Shown here piece after piece: positions 39,106 through 48,514 of a stretch of DNA of 64,000 nucleotides. Position 1 is the first letter of the stretch. Each line of letters opens with the position of its first letter. This stretch comes from Flavobacteriales bacterium (GTDB taxonomy: Bacteria > Bacteroidota > Bacteroidia > Palsa-965): NCBI GenBank assembly GCA_040377305.1, contig JBEIPA010000018.1:32001-96000 (forward strand), written 5' to 3'. Both the position numbers and the translations under genes were made by a program. Under the pieces are notes generated by a model. The model ran no database searches and was not told where the DNA came from. It saw only the letters and a list, made by a program, of their open reading frames with translations.

Positions 39106-39741
39106 ATGAGAAATTTATTGGCCGCATTCCTAGGACTATTGATTGCTCCAGCTTTAATAGCGCAGCACAGTGTTGTTGCACCCGTACTTGGTAGTGTGCT
39201 GATCAAAGGAATCCACAATTACGTACAAATTGGATTGCCTGGTATTGAAGCCGACTCCATTATGATAACTGCTCATCATTCCAAAATCCGAAAAGAAAAT
39301 AATTGGCTCTGGACGGTTAAGCCGGATACATCGTACACCGAGGAAACTATTATTGTAACCGCGTGGCGCAAAAATAAATTGGTATTGAAAGACAGTACTT
39401 CGTTTAAACTAAAGTGGTGTCCCGATCCAGTTGCTTTCATCGGAAATCACACAGGAACAAATGATACCACGACGAAAGAATTGCTGGTTGCATCACTCGC
39501 ATTGACGACGCGTGCTCTGAATTTTGAAATGGACGCTGCTTACGAAGTTGTGCACTTCGCAATGGTGATTAATGATGGTCCGGCAGTTTATCTCAACAAC
39601 TCCCTATTTTTGAGTGAGCTTCAGAAATCGGTAATACTCAAAACCAAATCAGGAGATTTGGTACATTTCTATGGCATTCTCGTGAAGTATCCTGACGGGA
39701 GATTCAAAACTGTGAATGGAATTACTCTGACGATTAAGTAA
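39106..39741 (+). CDS. Secreted protein resembling the GldM/PorM C-terminal domains
   Basis: Signal peptide; LIKGIHNYVQI, PDPVAFI, YEVVHF, KSGDLVHFYGILVKYPDG. Confidence 0.6.
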   Translation: MRNLLAAFLGLLIAPALIAQHSVVAPVLGSVLIKGIHNYVQIGLPGIEADSIMITAHHSKIRKENNWLWTVKPDTSYTEETIIVTAWRKNKLVLKDSTSFKLKWCPDPVAFIGNHTGTNDTTTKELLVASLALTTRALNFEMDAAYEVVHFAMVINDGPAVYLNNSLFLSELQKSVILKTKSGDLVHFYGILVKYPDGRFKTVNGITLTIK

Positions 39742-39749
39742 AATCGATT

Positions 39750-40628
39750 TCAGTAAATCTCTTTCTTCGCTGCCAGTAGCGTATTCTGCAACAACCCCGT
39801 AATCGTCATCGGACCTACTCCTCCGGGAACCGGCGTGATCCAACTGCACTTCGGAGAAACACTTTCGAAATCAGCATCGCCTTTCAAACGCCAGCCTGCT
39901 TTAGTATCGGGCGCATCAACGCGGGTTGTTCCAACGTCGATCACCACTACTCCGTCTTTCACCATGTCGCCCTTGAGAAATCCTGGTTTACCAAGTGCAA
40001 GAACGATGATGTCGGCTTGTTTGGTGAAGTAAGAAATATCGGGCGTGCGCGAATGACAAAGCGTGACTGTGCAGTTGGCGAATTTCGAATTGCGTGCAAG
40101 CAGAATACTCATCGGTGATCCTACAATGTGAGATCGTCCTATGACCACGCAATGCTTTCCGGAAGTTTCAATATTGTTTCGCTCGAGGAGTTGCGTAATT
40201 CCATAAGGCGTCGCCGGTAAATAACACGGAAGATTCAAAGCCATGCGTCCAACGTTTACCGGATGAAATCCATCAACGTCTTTCTTCGGATCAATTGCCT
40301 GAACAATTTTGTGTTCGTTGATATGCTTCGGTAACGGAAGCTGTACAATGAAACCATCCAATTCCGGATCGTTATTCAGTTTGTGTACAACTGCAAGTAA
40401 TTCCTCTTCGGTGATAGTTGCTTCAAACGTTAAAGCAGTAGAACGAAATCCGATGCGTTCACAGGCTTTCATCTTTGCATTCACGTATGTCATACTACCA
40501 CCGTCGCTGCCAACAAGTACAGCTGCCAGATGCGGCGCACGTTTTCCGTTTGCAACAATAGACTTCACTTCTTCAGCAATTTCAAGCTGAATCTGTTCGG
40601 CTATTTTCTTTCCGTCTATTAATTGCAC
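39750..40628 (-). CDS. folD: Methylenetetrahydrofolate dehydrogenase/cyclohydrolase
   Basis: [32 protein letters not shown]. Confidence 0.97.
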   Translation of the reverse strand: MQLIDGKKIAEQIQLEIAEEVKSIVANGKRAPHLAAVLVGSDGGSMTYVNAKMKACERIGFRSTALTFEATITEEELLAVVHKLNNDPELDGFIVQLPLPKHINEHKIVQAIDPKKDVDGFHPVNVGRMALNLPCYLPATPYGITQLLERNNIETSGKHCVVIGRSHIVGSPMSILLARNSKFANCTVTLCHSRTPDISYFTKQADIIVLALGKPGFLKGDMVKDGVVVIDVGTTRVDAPDTKAGWRLKGDADFESVSPKCSWITPVPGGVGPMTITGLLQNTLLAAKKEIY

Positions 40629-40690
40629 AACAACTTTTTTAACCTTGAACTTAGAACTTAGAACAACCGGAAACTGGGAACCGGGAACAT

Positions 40691-42025
40691 TTATTTGCGC
40701 ATCTTCGGCATATTCCGCATCATCTTCGCCATCTGCCCTTTATCCTGCATCATGCGCATCATCTTACGCGTGTCTTCGAATTGCTTCATCAAACGATTCA
40801 CGTCCTGAATTGTCTTTCCGCTTCCTTTCGCAATTCTGTTTTTGCGATTGCCGTTGATCACTTCCGGATTCTCGCGCTCTTCAGGTGTCATTGAATAAAT
40901 AATCGCTTCAATTCCTTTGAATGCATTCTCGTCGATGTCAACGTCCTTCATCGCTTTGCCAACACCCGGAATCATTCCCATGAGATCTTTCACGTTACCC
41001 ATTTTCTTGATCTGCTGAAGCTGTCCGAGAAAATCGTTGAACGAGAATTTATTCTTCGCAATGCGATCCTGAATTCTTCGTGCCTCTTTCGCATCGAATT
41101 GTTCCTGCGCGCGTTCTACGAGAGTAACAACGTCACCCATCCCGAGAATACGGTCGGCCATACGTTGCGGATAGAACACATCAAGTGCGTCCATCTTCTC
41201 GCCCATACCTACAAACTTGATTGGCTTGTCGACTACAGAACGAATTGAAAGCGCAGCACCACCGCGTGTATCACCATCGAGCTTCGTAAGGATTACTCCG
41301 TCGAAGTTGAGTATGTCGTTGAATGCTTTGGCTGTATTCACTGCATCCTGACCAGTCATCGAATCCACCACGAAAAGAATTTCCTGTGGCTTCACCGCGT
41401 CACGAACTGCAGCAATTTCATTCATCATCTCTTTGTCAATTGCGAGACGACCCGCGGTATCGATGATGACTACTGAATTTCCGTTTTGTTTTGCATGTGC
41501 CACTGCACGCTTCGCAATGCCAACAGCATCTTTCACGTCACGCTCCGAATACACTTCCACGCCAACCTGTTCACCCAGAACATGGAGCTGGTCAATCGCA
41601 GCAGGACGATAAATGTCGCAGGCAACGAGAAGTGGATTCTTTCCCTTCTTCGTCTTCAGCCAATGTGCAAGTTTTCCTGAGTGAGTTGTTTTACCCGAAC
41701 CTTGCAGACCCGACATCAGAATCACTGTAGGATTTCCGCCAAGCTGAATATCGGCCTGCGCTCCACCCATCAATTGAGTCAATTCGTCGTGCGTGATTTT
41801 CACCATCAACTGTGATGGAGAAACTGCCGTCAACACGTTTTGCCCAAGGGCTTTTGTCTTAACGTCGTCGGTAAATTTCTTTGCAACCTGGAAACTAACG
41901 TCGGCATCGAGAAGTGCTTTACGAACTTCCTTCAGCGTTTCCGCTATATTGATCTCGTTGATCTTTCCTTCGCCTTTGAGAACTTTAAACGCCCTGTCTA
42001 GCTTATCCGAGAGATTTTCAAACAT
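40691..42025 (-). CDS. ffh: Signal recognition particle protein
   Basis: [28 protein letters not shown], Met-rich M domain. Confidence 0.98.
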   Translation of the reverse strand: MFENLSDKLDRAFKVLKGEGKINEINIAETLKEVRKALLDADVSFQVAKKFTDDVKTKALGQNVLTAVSPSQLMVKITHDELTQLMGGAQADIQLGGNPTVILMSGLQGSGKTTHSGKLAHWLKTKKGKNPLLVACDIYRPAAIDQLHVLGEQVGVEVYSERDVKDAVGIAKRAVAHAKQNGNSVVIIDTAGRLAIDKEMMNEIAAVRDAVKPQEILFVVDSMTGQDAVNTAKAFNDILNFDGVILTKLDGDTRGGAALSIRSVVDKPIKFVGMGEKMDALDVFYPQRMADRILGMGDVVTLVERAQEQFDAKEARRIQDRIAKNKFSFNDFLGQLQQIKKMGNVKDLMGMIPGVGKAMKDVDIDENAFKGIEAIIYSMTPEERENPEVINGNRKNRIAKGSGKTIQDVNRLMKQFEDTRKMMRMMQDKGQMAKMMRNMPKMRK

Positions 42026-42211
42026 GTTCCTTGAATTAATGGGACTGCGAAGATAACGATTAGGGGGCGATTCCGAATTCAGAAATTCCGTGATTCCGCT
42101 ATTAAAGCCCGTCGAAACACGGAATTACGGAATTTCGAAATCACGGAATTGTGGTTTTAAACCTTTGGAGCGGTTAGACGTCATAAGTACAATTTGCCTA
42201 ACATTCGATCT

Positions 42212-43060
42212 ATGAAAAAGATACTACTCACCCTCTCAATCGCGACTCTCGGATTCGCTCCGTTAAGCGCACAAGACACAGACTCAACAGGCCTTCCCGG
42301 CGATAATTTCGATCTGCAAGGCGTACTTGAACTTTTTAAAAACGCGGAATCACTGGAAGCATTTGAAAAGGCGCTCAATTCGGAATCGAATGAAGTCAAC
42401 AATCTCGACGTTGATGAAGACGGACAGGTTGATTACGTGAAAGTAATTGATCATGCCGACAGCGGATCGCATGCAATCACATTGCGGGTTGATGTGAACG
42501 ACAAAGAATCCCAGGACATTGCTGTCATTGAAATTGACAAAACCGGTGATGAAACTGCGGAGCTCCAGATTGTTGGTGACGAAGAAATGTATGGCAAAGA
42601 TTTCATCGTCGAGCCCGAAGATGAAGTTGCGAATACACAAGACGGTAAATTCACATCCGGATTTGCCCCAGCGGTTGTCATTGTCAATGTGTGGGGATGG
42701 AGACCAATACGGCACATCTACGCCCCGACGTACGTTGTATGGGTTTCTCCCTGGAGATACAGAGTTTATCCTCCATACTGGAAACCATGGCGACCAGTTG
42801 CATGGCGGGTACACCATGCACGTGTAGTTCGCTATCATCATCATTGCCGGGTTGTTCACGTGCATCGTGTTCACCGCGCACACCGAATTGCACATCGTCA
42901 TCACGCAGGATCACCTCATTATCATCAGCGAAATGCGGCGCGAAGAAATAACGGAAACGTTCAGCGGAACAATGGTGGTGGAAATCGCAACAACGGAAAT
43001 CACCAGGGTGGAAAAAGAAATGGTGGCGGCGGTAAACGCGGTGGTGGTCGTCACAGATAG
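42212..43060 (+). CDS. Secreted hypothetical protein: acidic DxDxDG domain, aromatic/Pro-rich segment, His/Arg-rich tail
   Basis: Signal peptide; NNLDVDEDGQVDY; VHHARVVRYHHHCRVVHVHRVHRAH. Confidence 0.8.
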   Translation: MKKILLTLSIATLGFAPLSAQDTDSTGLPGDNFDLQGVLELFKNAESLEAFEKALNSESNEVNNLDVDEDGQVDYVKVIDHADSGSHAITLRVDVNDKESQDIAVIEIDKTGDETAELQIVGDEEMYGKDFIVEPEDEVANTQDGKFTSGFAPAVVIVNVWGWRPIRHIYAPTYVVWVSPWRYRVYPPYWKPWRPVAWRVHHARVVRYHHHCRVVHVHRVHRAHRIAHRHHAGSPHYHQRNAARRNNGNVQRNNGGGNRNNGNHQGGKRNGGGGKRGGGRHR

Positions 43061-43116
43061 TTTGTTGGTTAGGAGCAGTTTCAATCGGGAATATCATCGC
43101 GAATGATACTGTTACG

Positions 43117-43145
43117 AGGTGGTCTTTGGGAGGACCACCTTTTTT
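43117..43145 (+). terminator. Intrinsic terminator
   Basis: AGGTGGTCT-TTGGG-AGGACCACCT followed by a T run. Confidence 0.8.
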
Positions 43146-43276
43146 CATGCGTCGATAGATAGGGTCGATCAAACTGTGCCTCCATTCGAACTAACGAATA
43201 ACGCTGTTGCTTTTCTGCACCTCACGTTAAAGAGTATAGGTTGCACCGCTGTGCTCTAAAAAAACCTATACTACCC

Positions 43277-44356
43277 ATGAATAAATTTGCAAAATATTAT
43301 CTCCCTGGATTCCTGATTACCGGACTCTTCTTCGGAATGTGTACTTCTGCTGAAGACAAAGAATCCAAAACAGGAAAAGCAGGTGATCAGTTCGATCTGT
43401 TTGCCGTTATGGCCCTCTTTGAAAAATCTTCATCGCCTGAGGATTTTGAAACAGCTATCAATACAAAGTCGAATGGTGTAAATAATCTTGATCTGAATGA
43501 AGATGGACAGACGGATTACATCAAAGTAACTGATAAGAAGATTGATGAGAGTTCACACTGTTTCATTCTGCAGATAGATATTGCTGATGGTAGTACGCAA
43601 GATGTAGCCACTATTGAAATGCAGAAGGTTGCCGATGGTGAAGCGAATGTGCAGCTCATTGGTGATCCTGAATTGTATGGATCTGATTACATCGTTGAGC
43701 CAGCTTCGGAGGTAGCAGCCGCAGGTTTTGTAGTTGCAACTACGACAGCCGTGAATGTTTGGTCATGGCCTTATGTGACTCACGTTTACTCACCAGCGTA
43801 TGTCGTTTATGAATCGCCATACCGCTACGAATACTATCCCGTTTGGTATCAGCCTTGGCCTGTAGTTGCGTATGACGTTTACTATCCTACTATTTCTGTG
43901 CATCGGGTGAAGTACGAATACTCAGATGGATATCGCTTTGTTCACGTACATGAAAACTATCATAGCAATTACCGCGTTACCACGAAGTTTAAATACAAAG
44001 AGAAGGACTATGGCAATGGAAAATCCAATGGCAATGTTGTGGTATTCAAAAACAAGAATGATGGTAGTGGCAACAACGGGAATGGCAAAGACAATTCTTC
44101 TGGTAGTAACAACTCCGATGGAAAAGGAAACGGAAATGGCAAAGGAAACGAGAACGGAAATGATAAAGGAAATGGAAATGATAAAGGAAATGGCAATGAG
44201 AATAAATCCGACGACGATTCGAAAGGGAACGATGGAAAATCCAATCAGAAAAACGATGCGAATGCAGGTGAAGGAAATTCCGGTTCGAAGGGCAAAGGAG
44301 ATAATTCACAACCCAAAGATGGTGGTGGAAAGAATGGTGGAGGAAAACCCAAGTAG
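43277..44356 (+). CDS. Paralog of 42212-43060 with a G/N/K/D low-complexity tail; possible lipoprotein
   Basis: GDQFDL..LFEK..NNLDLNEDGQTDYIKV shared with the upstream gene; FGMC. Confidence 0.8.
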   Translation: MNKFAKYYLPGFLITGLFFGMCTSAEDKESKTGKAGDQFDLFAVMALFEKSSSPEDFETAINTKSNGVNNLDLNEDGQTDYIKVTDKKIDESSHCFILQIDIADGSTQDVATIEMQKVADGEANVQLIGDPELYGSDYIVEPASEVAAAGFVVATTTAVNVWSWPYVTHVYSPAYVVYESPYRYEYYPVWYQPWPVVAYDVYYPTISVHRVKYEYSDGYRFVHVHENYHSNYRVTTKFKYKEKDYGNGKSNGNVVVFKNKNDGSGNNGNGKDNSSGSNNSDGKGNGNGKGNENGNDKGNGNDKGNGNENKSDDDSKGNDGKSNQKNDANAGEGNSGSKGKGDNSQPKDGGGKNGGGKPK

Positions 44357-44650
44357 TACGATCCATGACACAGGAATAGATTACGGTGAAGACATTTTTA
44401 CCTCTCAAAAGCGTAGAATTCCTTCCCCACGCTGTTAATAACTCCAATGAATTGCGTCAACTATCTCTGATTTGTGTCGAAGGATCGAATAAATTTTCAG
44501 GGTGCGTTTATTTGATAGAAATTCGATTCAACAAACTCAGAAAACAACACCAAAGTATTCCTCAGCTGGCAGTCATATCCCACACCAAACACTCGGAAAT
44601 CAGCGGCCGGGTAAGAAATCAGGGAAGATTAACATGACGCTAAACCAGCG

Positions 44651-44679
44651 AAAAGCCACCATTCTCGGTGGCTTTTTTT
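44651..44679. terminator. Intrinsic terminator, possibly bidirectional
   Basis: AAAAGCCACC-ATTCTC-GGTGGCTTTTTTT. Confidence 0.85.
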
Positions 44680-44696
44680 ATTTACCGCCGCGCAGA

Positions 44697-44896
44697 AAAT
44701 GGAACGCGGATTTTGATGTCCGTTGTTTTCTTTTCTCTCGCTTGGATCACCGCGGTAAATACGAAGAGTCTGAATTCGATTATATGAGATAAACTTAAGC
44801 GCATCTCAGAAAATCCAAATTCACGCTGTTGATGATTTGTAGAATGATCCGAAGGAAACGCTCACAAGCCTCGTGCATAAAAATCCGCGTCCCTAT
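44697..44896. repeat. ~200-bp inverted-repeat/rod-like element, copy B
   Basis: AAATGGAACGCGGATTTTGATG ... AAAATCCGCGTCCC; shares ATGAGATAAACTYAAGC..ATCTCA core with 16972-17174. Confidence 0.8.
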
Positions 44897-45501
44897 TCTT
44901 CATTCTTCCGCTTATATCCTACGCGTTTCCGATCTCCATCCTTCACTGGTGGCGCCATTAGTCTTCTGATCGCGTCAAACACCACTGCGAACTTCTTATC
45001 GTAGTTGTCTTCCAGTTCATCCAAACGTTTCGAGAGTGTCTTGTTGTTCGCAATAAGCTCTCGCAGGCGCACAAACGCTTTAACGACCTGTATACTGGCA
45101 TGTACAGCCTTCGGTGAGTTAAGTACGCTGGCGAGCATTACAGTGCCATGCTCGGTGAATACATAGGGCATGTAACGACGACCGCCTCGGCCACTTGAGG
45201 TCGCATTTTGCGACTTCAGGTTTTTGTTCTCCTTATTTGAGGTCACAGACTGTGACCTCAAGTCAGCTCCTGAACTTGAGGTCGCAAATTGCGACCTCAA
45301 AGCTTCATGCTCTTTTTCAGTTAACTGAAACATGAAATCCTTTGGAAATCGTGCAAGGTTTCTCTTTACCTGCTCATTCAAACGTTTTGTGTCAACACCG
45401 TACATTCTTGCGAGATCCTCATCCAGCATGACCTGGTGACCGCGGATGGTGTAGATCAAAGAATCGTCTGTCTTGTTAATTAAGTCTTTCGGAGCGTTCA
45501 T
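44893..45501 (-). CDS. ORF6N (KilA-N-like) DNA-binding domain protein with a triplicated LRSQxxTS motif
   Basis: IYTIRGHQVMLDEDLARMYGV..LNEQVKRN..RFPKDFMFQLT..GGRRYMPYVFTEHG..MLASVLNS. Confidence 0.93.
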   Translation of the reverse strand: MNAPKDLINKTDDSLIYTIRGHQVMLDEDLARMYGVDTKRLNEQVKRNLARFPKDFMFQLTEKEHEALRSQFATSSSGADLRSQSVTSNKENKNLKSQNATSSGRGGRRYMPYVFTEHGTVMLASVLNSPKAVHASIQVVKAFVRLRELIANNKTLSKRLDELEDNYDKKFAVVFDAIRRLMAPPVKDGDRKRVGYKRKNEE

Positions 45502-45595
45502 ATCGTTGGGTTTTCTCAAAGATAATTCACCCAATATTATTCTGCATGAAAGACTAAGATTCTTAGCCGTAAATCAATGTATTGGCAAAAGATGT

Positions 45596-47383
45596 CTACA
45601 TCTTCTCCGGCACTTCAACTCCAATCAAGCGCATTCCTTCGCGGATTGTTCTCGATACCGTCATGCACAATGCAATTCTGAAGTTTTTCAGGTTGGCATC
45701 TGCTTCTTTGAGTACATCGCATGCGTCGTAGAACTGGTTGAATGTTCTTGCAACATCGTACGTGTAGTTCGCAACCACTGCAGGAGAATATTCTCTCGCT
45801 GCTTCCTGAATAATCGCAGGAAACGTAGAAAGCAATTTGATGAGATCTTTCTCCTTCGCGTGAATTTCAGCCGGCGCTTCGAATGCAGGAACTGTACTCA
45901 ATTCCGATTTTCTCCAGATGCTTCTGATACGCGCGTGTGTGTACTGAATGAACGGACCTGTGTTCCCTTGAAGATCGATACTTTCTTTCGGGTTGAACAC
46001 CATCGTCTTTTTCGGATCGACTTTCAGAATGAAATATTTTAAAGCCGCCATGCCAACCATGTGTGAGAGATGGTCCTGGTCCTCTTTGCTCATTCCTTCA
46101 ATCAAACCTTTCTCTGCGGCCATCTCCCGCGCTTCTGTCTCCATTTTCTCAATGAGATCATCGGCATCAACAACAGTTCCTTCCCGCGATTTCATTTTTC
46201 CTTCCGGCAGCTCAACCATTCCGTAAGAGAGATGATACAGTCCATCTGCCCATGCATAACCCAGTTTCTTCAATGAAACTTTCAGGGTTTTGAAATGATA
46301 GTCCTGCTCGTTTCCTACTACGTAGATCAGTTTATCAAACGGATACTCTTTGTGACGCTCAACGGCAGTTCCTAAATCCTGCGTGATGTAAACCGAAGTT
46401 CCATCGCTACGCAACAAGACTTTCACATCAAGTTTGGAATCTGTGTTGTCAATAATCACAGCTCCATCATCGCGTTTTTGAAAAACATTTTTCTTCAGTC
46501 CCTCCTCTACAATCTCTTTTCCGAGAATGTAGGTATTCGACTCGTAATACATTTTATCGAAGTCCACATTCAGCTTCGCATACGTTTTCGCAAAACCGTC
46601 GTACACCCAACCGTTCATTTTTTGCCACAGCTCGCGCACTTCAGAATCATTTGCTTCCCATTTACGAAGCATGTTTTGCGCTTCAAGAATCAATGGTGCT
46701 TTTTTCTCTGCATCGTCTTTCCCTATGCCTTGTGATTCGAGTATTTTGATCTCCGCTTTGTAATGCTTATCAAACTCCACGTAATATTTCCCGACAAGCA
46801 TATCACCTTTCATCCCACTCGACTCCGGAGTTTCTCCGTTGCCCCACTTCTGCCACGCCAGCATACTCTTACAAATATGAATCCCGCGATCGTTCACCAG
46901 ATTCACTTTCATCACCTCATTGCCGGCTGCTTTGAAGATTTCCGCGACGGAATACCCAAGCAGAATGTTCCGCATATGACCTAAGTGAAGTGGTTTGTTG
47001 GTGTTCGGTGAGCTATACTCAACCATCACGAATGGTGCTCCCAACACTACATTCTGTCGTCCCCAGGTCTCGTCTTCCTTCAGATGCACGAACGTTTCAA
47101 TCCAGTATTTCGAGTTGATTACGACGTTCAAAAACCCCTTCACCACATTCCACGAAGCAACTTCGGACACATGCTTTTGAAGGTATTCACCAATAATTTG
47201 CCCGGTTTGTTCAGGGGATTTACCTGCCATTTTCACATAAGGAAAAACAACAAGCGTGATATCGCCCTCAAATTGGGGGTTTGTCTTCTGGAAAGTAACG
47301 GATGCCGGTTCAATTGCAGATCCAAACAGTTCTTTCACAGCGCCGGCAACGTGAACCGACAACAACTGTTCTGGTGTATTCAT
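45596..47383 (-). CDS. argS: Arginine--tRNA ligase
   Basis: EYSSPNTNKPLHLGH, KMKSREG, GPFIQYTHAR. Confidence 0.98.
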   Translation of the reverse strand: MNTPEQLLSVHVAGAVKELFGSAIEPASVTFQKTNPQFEGDITLVVFPYVKMAGKSPEQTGQIIGEYLQKHVSEVASWNVVKGFLNVVINSKYWIETFVHLKEDETWGRQNVVLGAPFVMVEYSSPNTNKPLHLGHMRNILLGYSVAEIFKAAGNEVMKVNLVNDRGIHICKSMLAWQKWGNGETPESSGMKGDMLVGKYYVEFDKHYKAEIKILESQGIGKDDAEKKAPLILEAQNMLRKWEANDSEVRELWQKMNGWVYDGFAKTYAKLNVDFDKMYYESNTYILGKEIVEEGLKKNVFQKRDDGAVIIDNTDSKLDVKVLLRSDGTSVYITQDLGTAVERHKEYPFDKLIYVVGNEQDYHFKTLKVSLKKLGYAWADGLYHLSYGMVELPEGKMKSREGTVVDADDLIEKMETEAREMAAEKGLIEGMSKEDQDHLSHMVGMAALKYFILKVDPKKTMVFNPKESIDLQGNTGPFIQYTHARIRSIWRKSELSTVPAFEAPAEIHAKEKDLIKLLSTFPAIIQEAAREYSPAVVANYTYDVARTFNQFYDACDVLKEADANLKNFRIALCMTVSRTIREGMRLIGVEVPEKM

Positions 47384-47438
47384 TGGAAGTAATAAGTATT
47401 TAAGTAGGTAAGTACTAAGTATTGTCAGGTGTGATTTT

Positions 47439-47460
47439 GTCAGACTGAGCGTAGTCGAAG
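47439..47460 (+). repeat. Solo REP-like sequence
   Basis: GTCAGACTGAGCGTAGTCGAAG resembles Bacteroidota intergenic REP-type repeats as I recall them; not verified. Confidence 0.45.
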
Positions 47461-47477
47461 GCGGACAAAACGGGGAT

Positions 47478-48428
47478 TTAGTTCGAAATCTGGGACACTA
47501 CTTTGGTGAGAATCTCAAATGTATTCTCTGCCATTAGGTTCTCCCGGTCAAGGGTTGGGTTCACTTCAGCTATCTCAACGCAGCACACTTTTTCGTTCTG
47601 GACTAGACGAACAAGAAGTGATCCGGCTTCCTTCTCCGTGATACCATTACGTACAGGCGTCCCGGTTCCTTTGGAGATGGAAGAGTCCATACTATCTACA
47701 TCGAATGATATGTAAATAAGGTTGCATTGGTTCAGATAGCTCAGGGTATCGCGTGCAATCCGCTCCACTCCCTCACGTCGCACCTCAGCCGTACTGAATG
47801 ACTTCACATGGTGCTTTTTCATCAAACCGCTTTCTTCTGGTTCAAGATCCCTAACACTAATGTAAACGAGGTCCCTGTAGTTTATTTTAGGCGCAATACC
47901 TCCTATTTCTTTGAGGGTTTTCCACGCTTCGACCGTGTCTTTATCAGGTCTGTTCATCTTATTCGTCTGGTTGTCTTCACCTAACGAGGCTGCCAAAGGC
48001 ATGCCGTGAAGGTTACCCGATGGAGTAGTCCAAGGCGAATGGAGGTCAGCATGTGCATCGATCCAGATCACTCCGAGTCTTGACTTTGGGAAGGCCATTC
48101 TGATTCCAGCTATGGTTCCTCCGGCTGTAGAATGATCGCCCGCCAAAACAATAGGAAATCCATTCGCTTTCAGGGTTTTGGACACTTCTGCCCCAATCCT
48201 TTCGTACATCGTGATCAATCCTTTGATGCGTTTAGCATAAGGACTGCCTCCAGGCTCATATAAAAGGTGGTTTTCGTTCTTAACCTCGGTGCTCTCAAAT
48301 TGCTTGAATATGGAGGATCCGTAATCCAATGCCGCAATTTTAATCGCATCAACACCCAAACTAGCGCCGCGGGTTCCCGCTCCGATTTCGGACTTGACTT
48401 CTATAAACTTAATCTTTTTATTAGCCAT
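47478..48428 (-). CDS. rocF: Arginase
   Basis: AGDHS, DAHADL, SGNLHGMP, SFDVD, EVNP. Confidence 0.93.
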   Translation of the reverse strand: MANKKIKFIEVKSEIGAGTRGASLGVDAIKIAALDYGSSIFKQFESTEVKNENHLLYEPGGSPYAKRIKGLITMYERIGAEVSKTLKANGFPIVLAGDHSTAGGTIAGIRMAFPKSRLGVIWIDAHADLHSPWTTPSGNLHGMPLAASLGEDNQTNKMNRPDKDTVEAWKTLKEIGGIAPKINYRDLVYISVRDLEPEESGLMKKHHVKSFSTAEVRREGVERIARDTLSYLNQCNLIYISFDVDSMDSSISKGTGTPVRNGITEKEAGSLLVRLVQNEKVCCVEIAEVNPTLDRENLMAENTFEILTKVVSQISN

Positions 48429-48514
48429 AAAACAGGTCGGTTATTGCGTCAAATTCAATCTGAGTGAGTTACATTTGCAATTCTTTATCAAAGTAACTCA
48501 CTTAGATCCTCGTT

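Noticed and set aside
43926-44447. Alternative-frame ORFs (170, 133 and 78 aa)
   Set aside because: By-products of the low-complexity GNGNDK-coding tail
44454-44896. Naming these structures 6S RNA or SRP RNA
   Set aside because: No diagnostic sequence recognised; size alone is insufficient without a covariance search
45195-45300. CRISPR array
   Set aside because: Only three units, 14-17-bp spacers, in frame within a CDS, and no cas genes; kept as a palindrome finding instead
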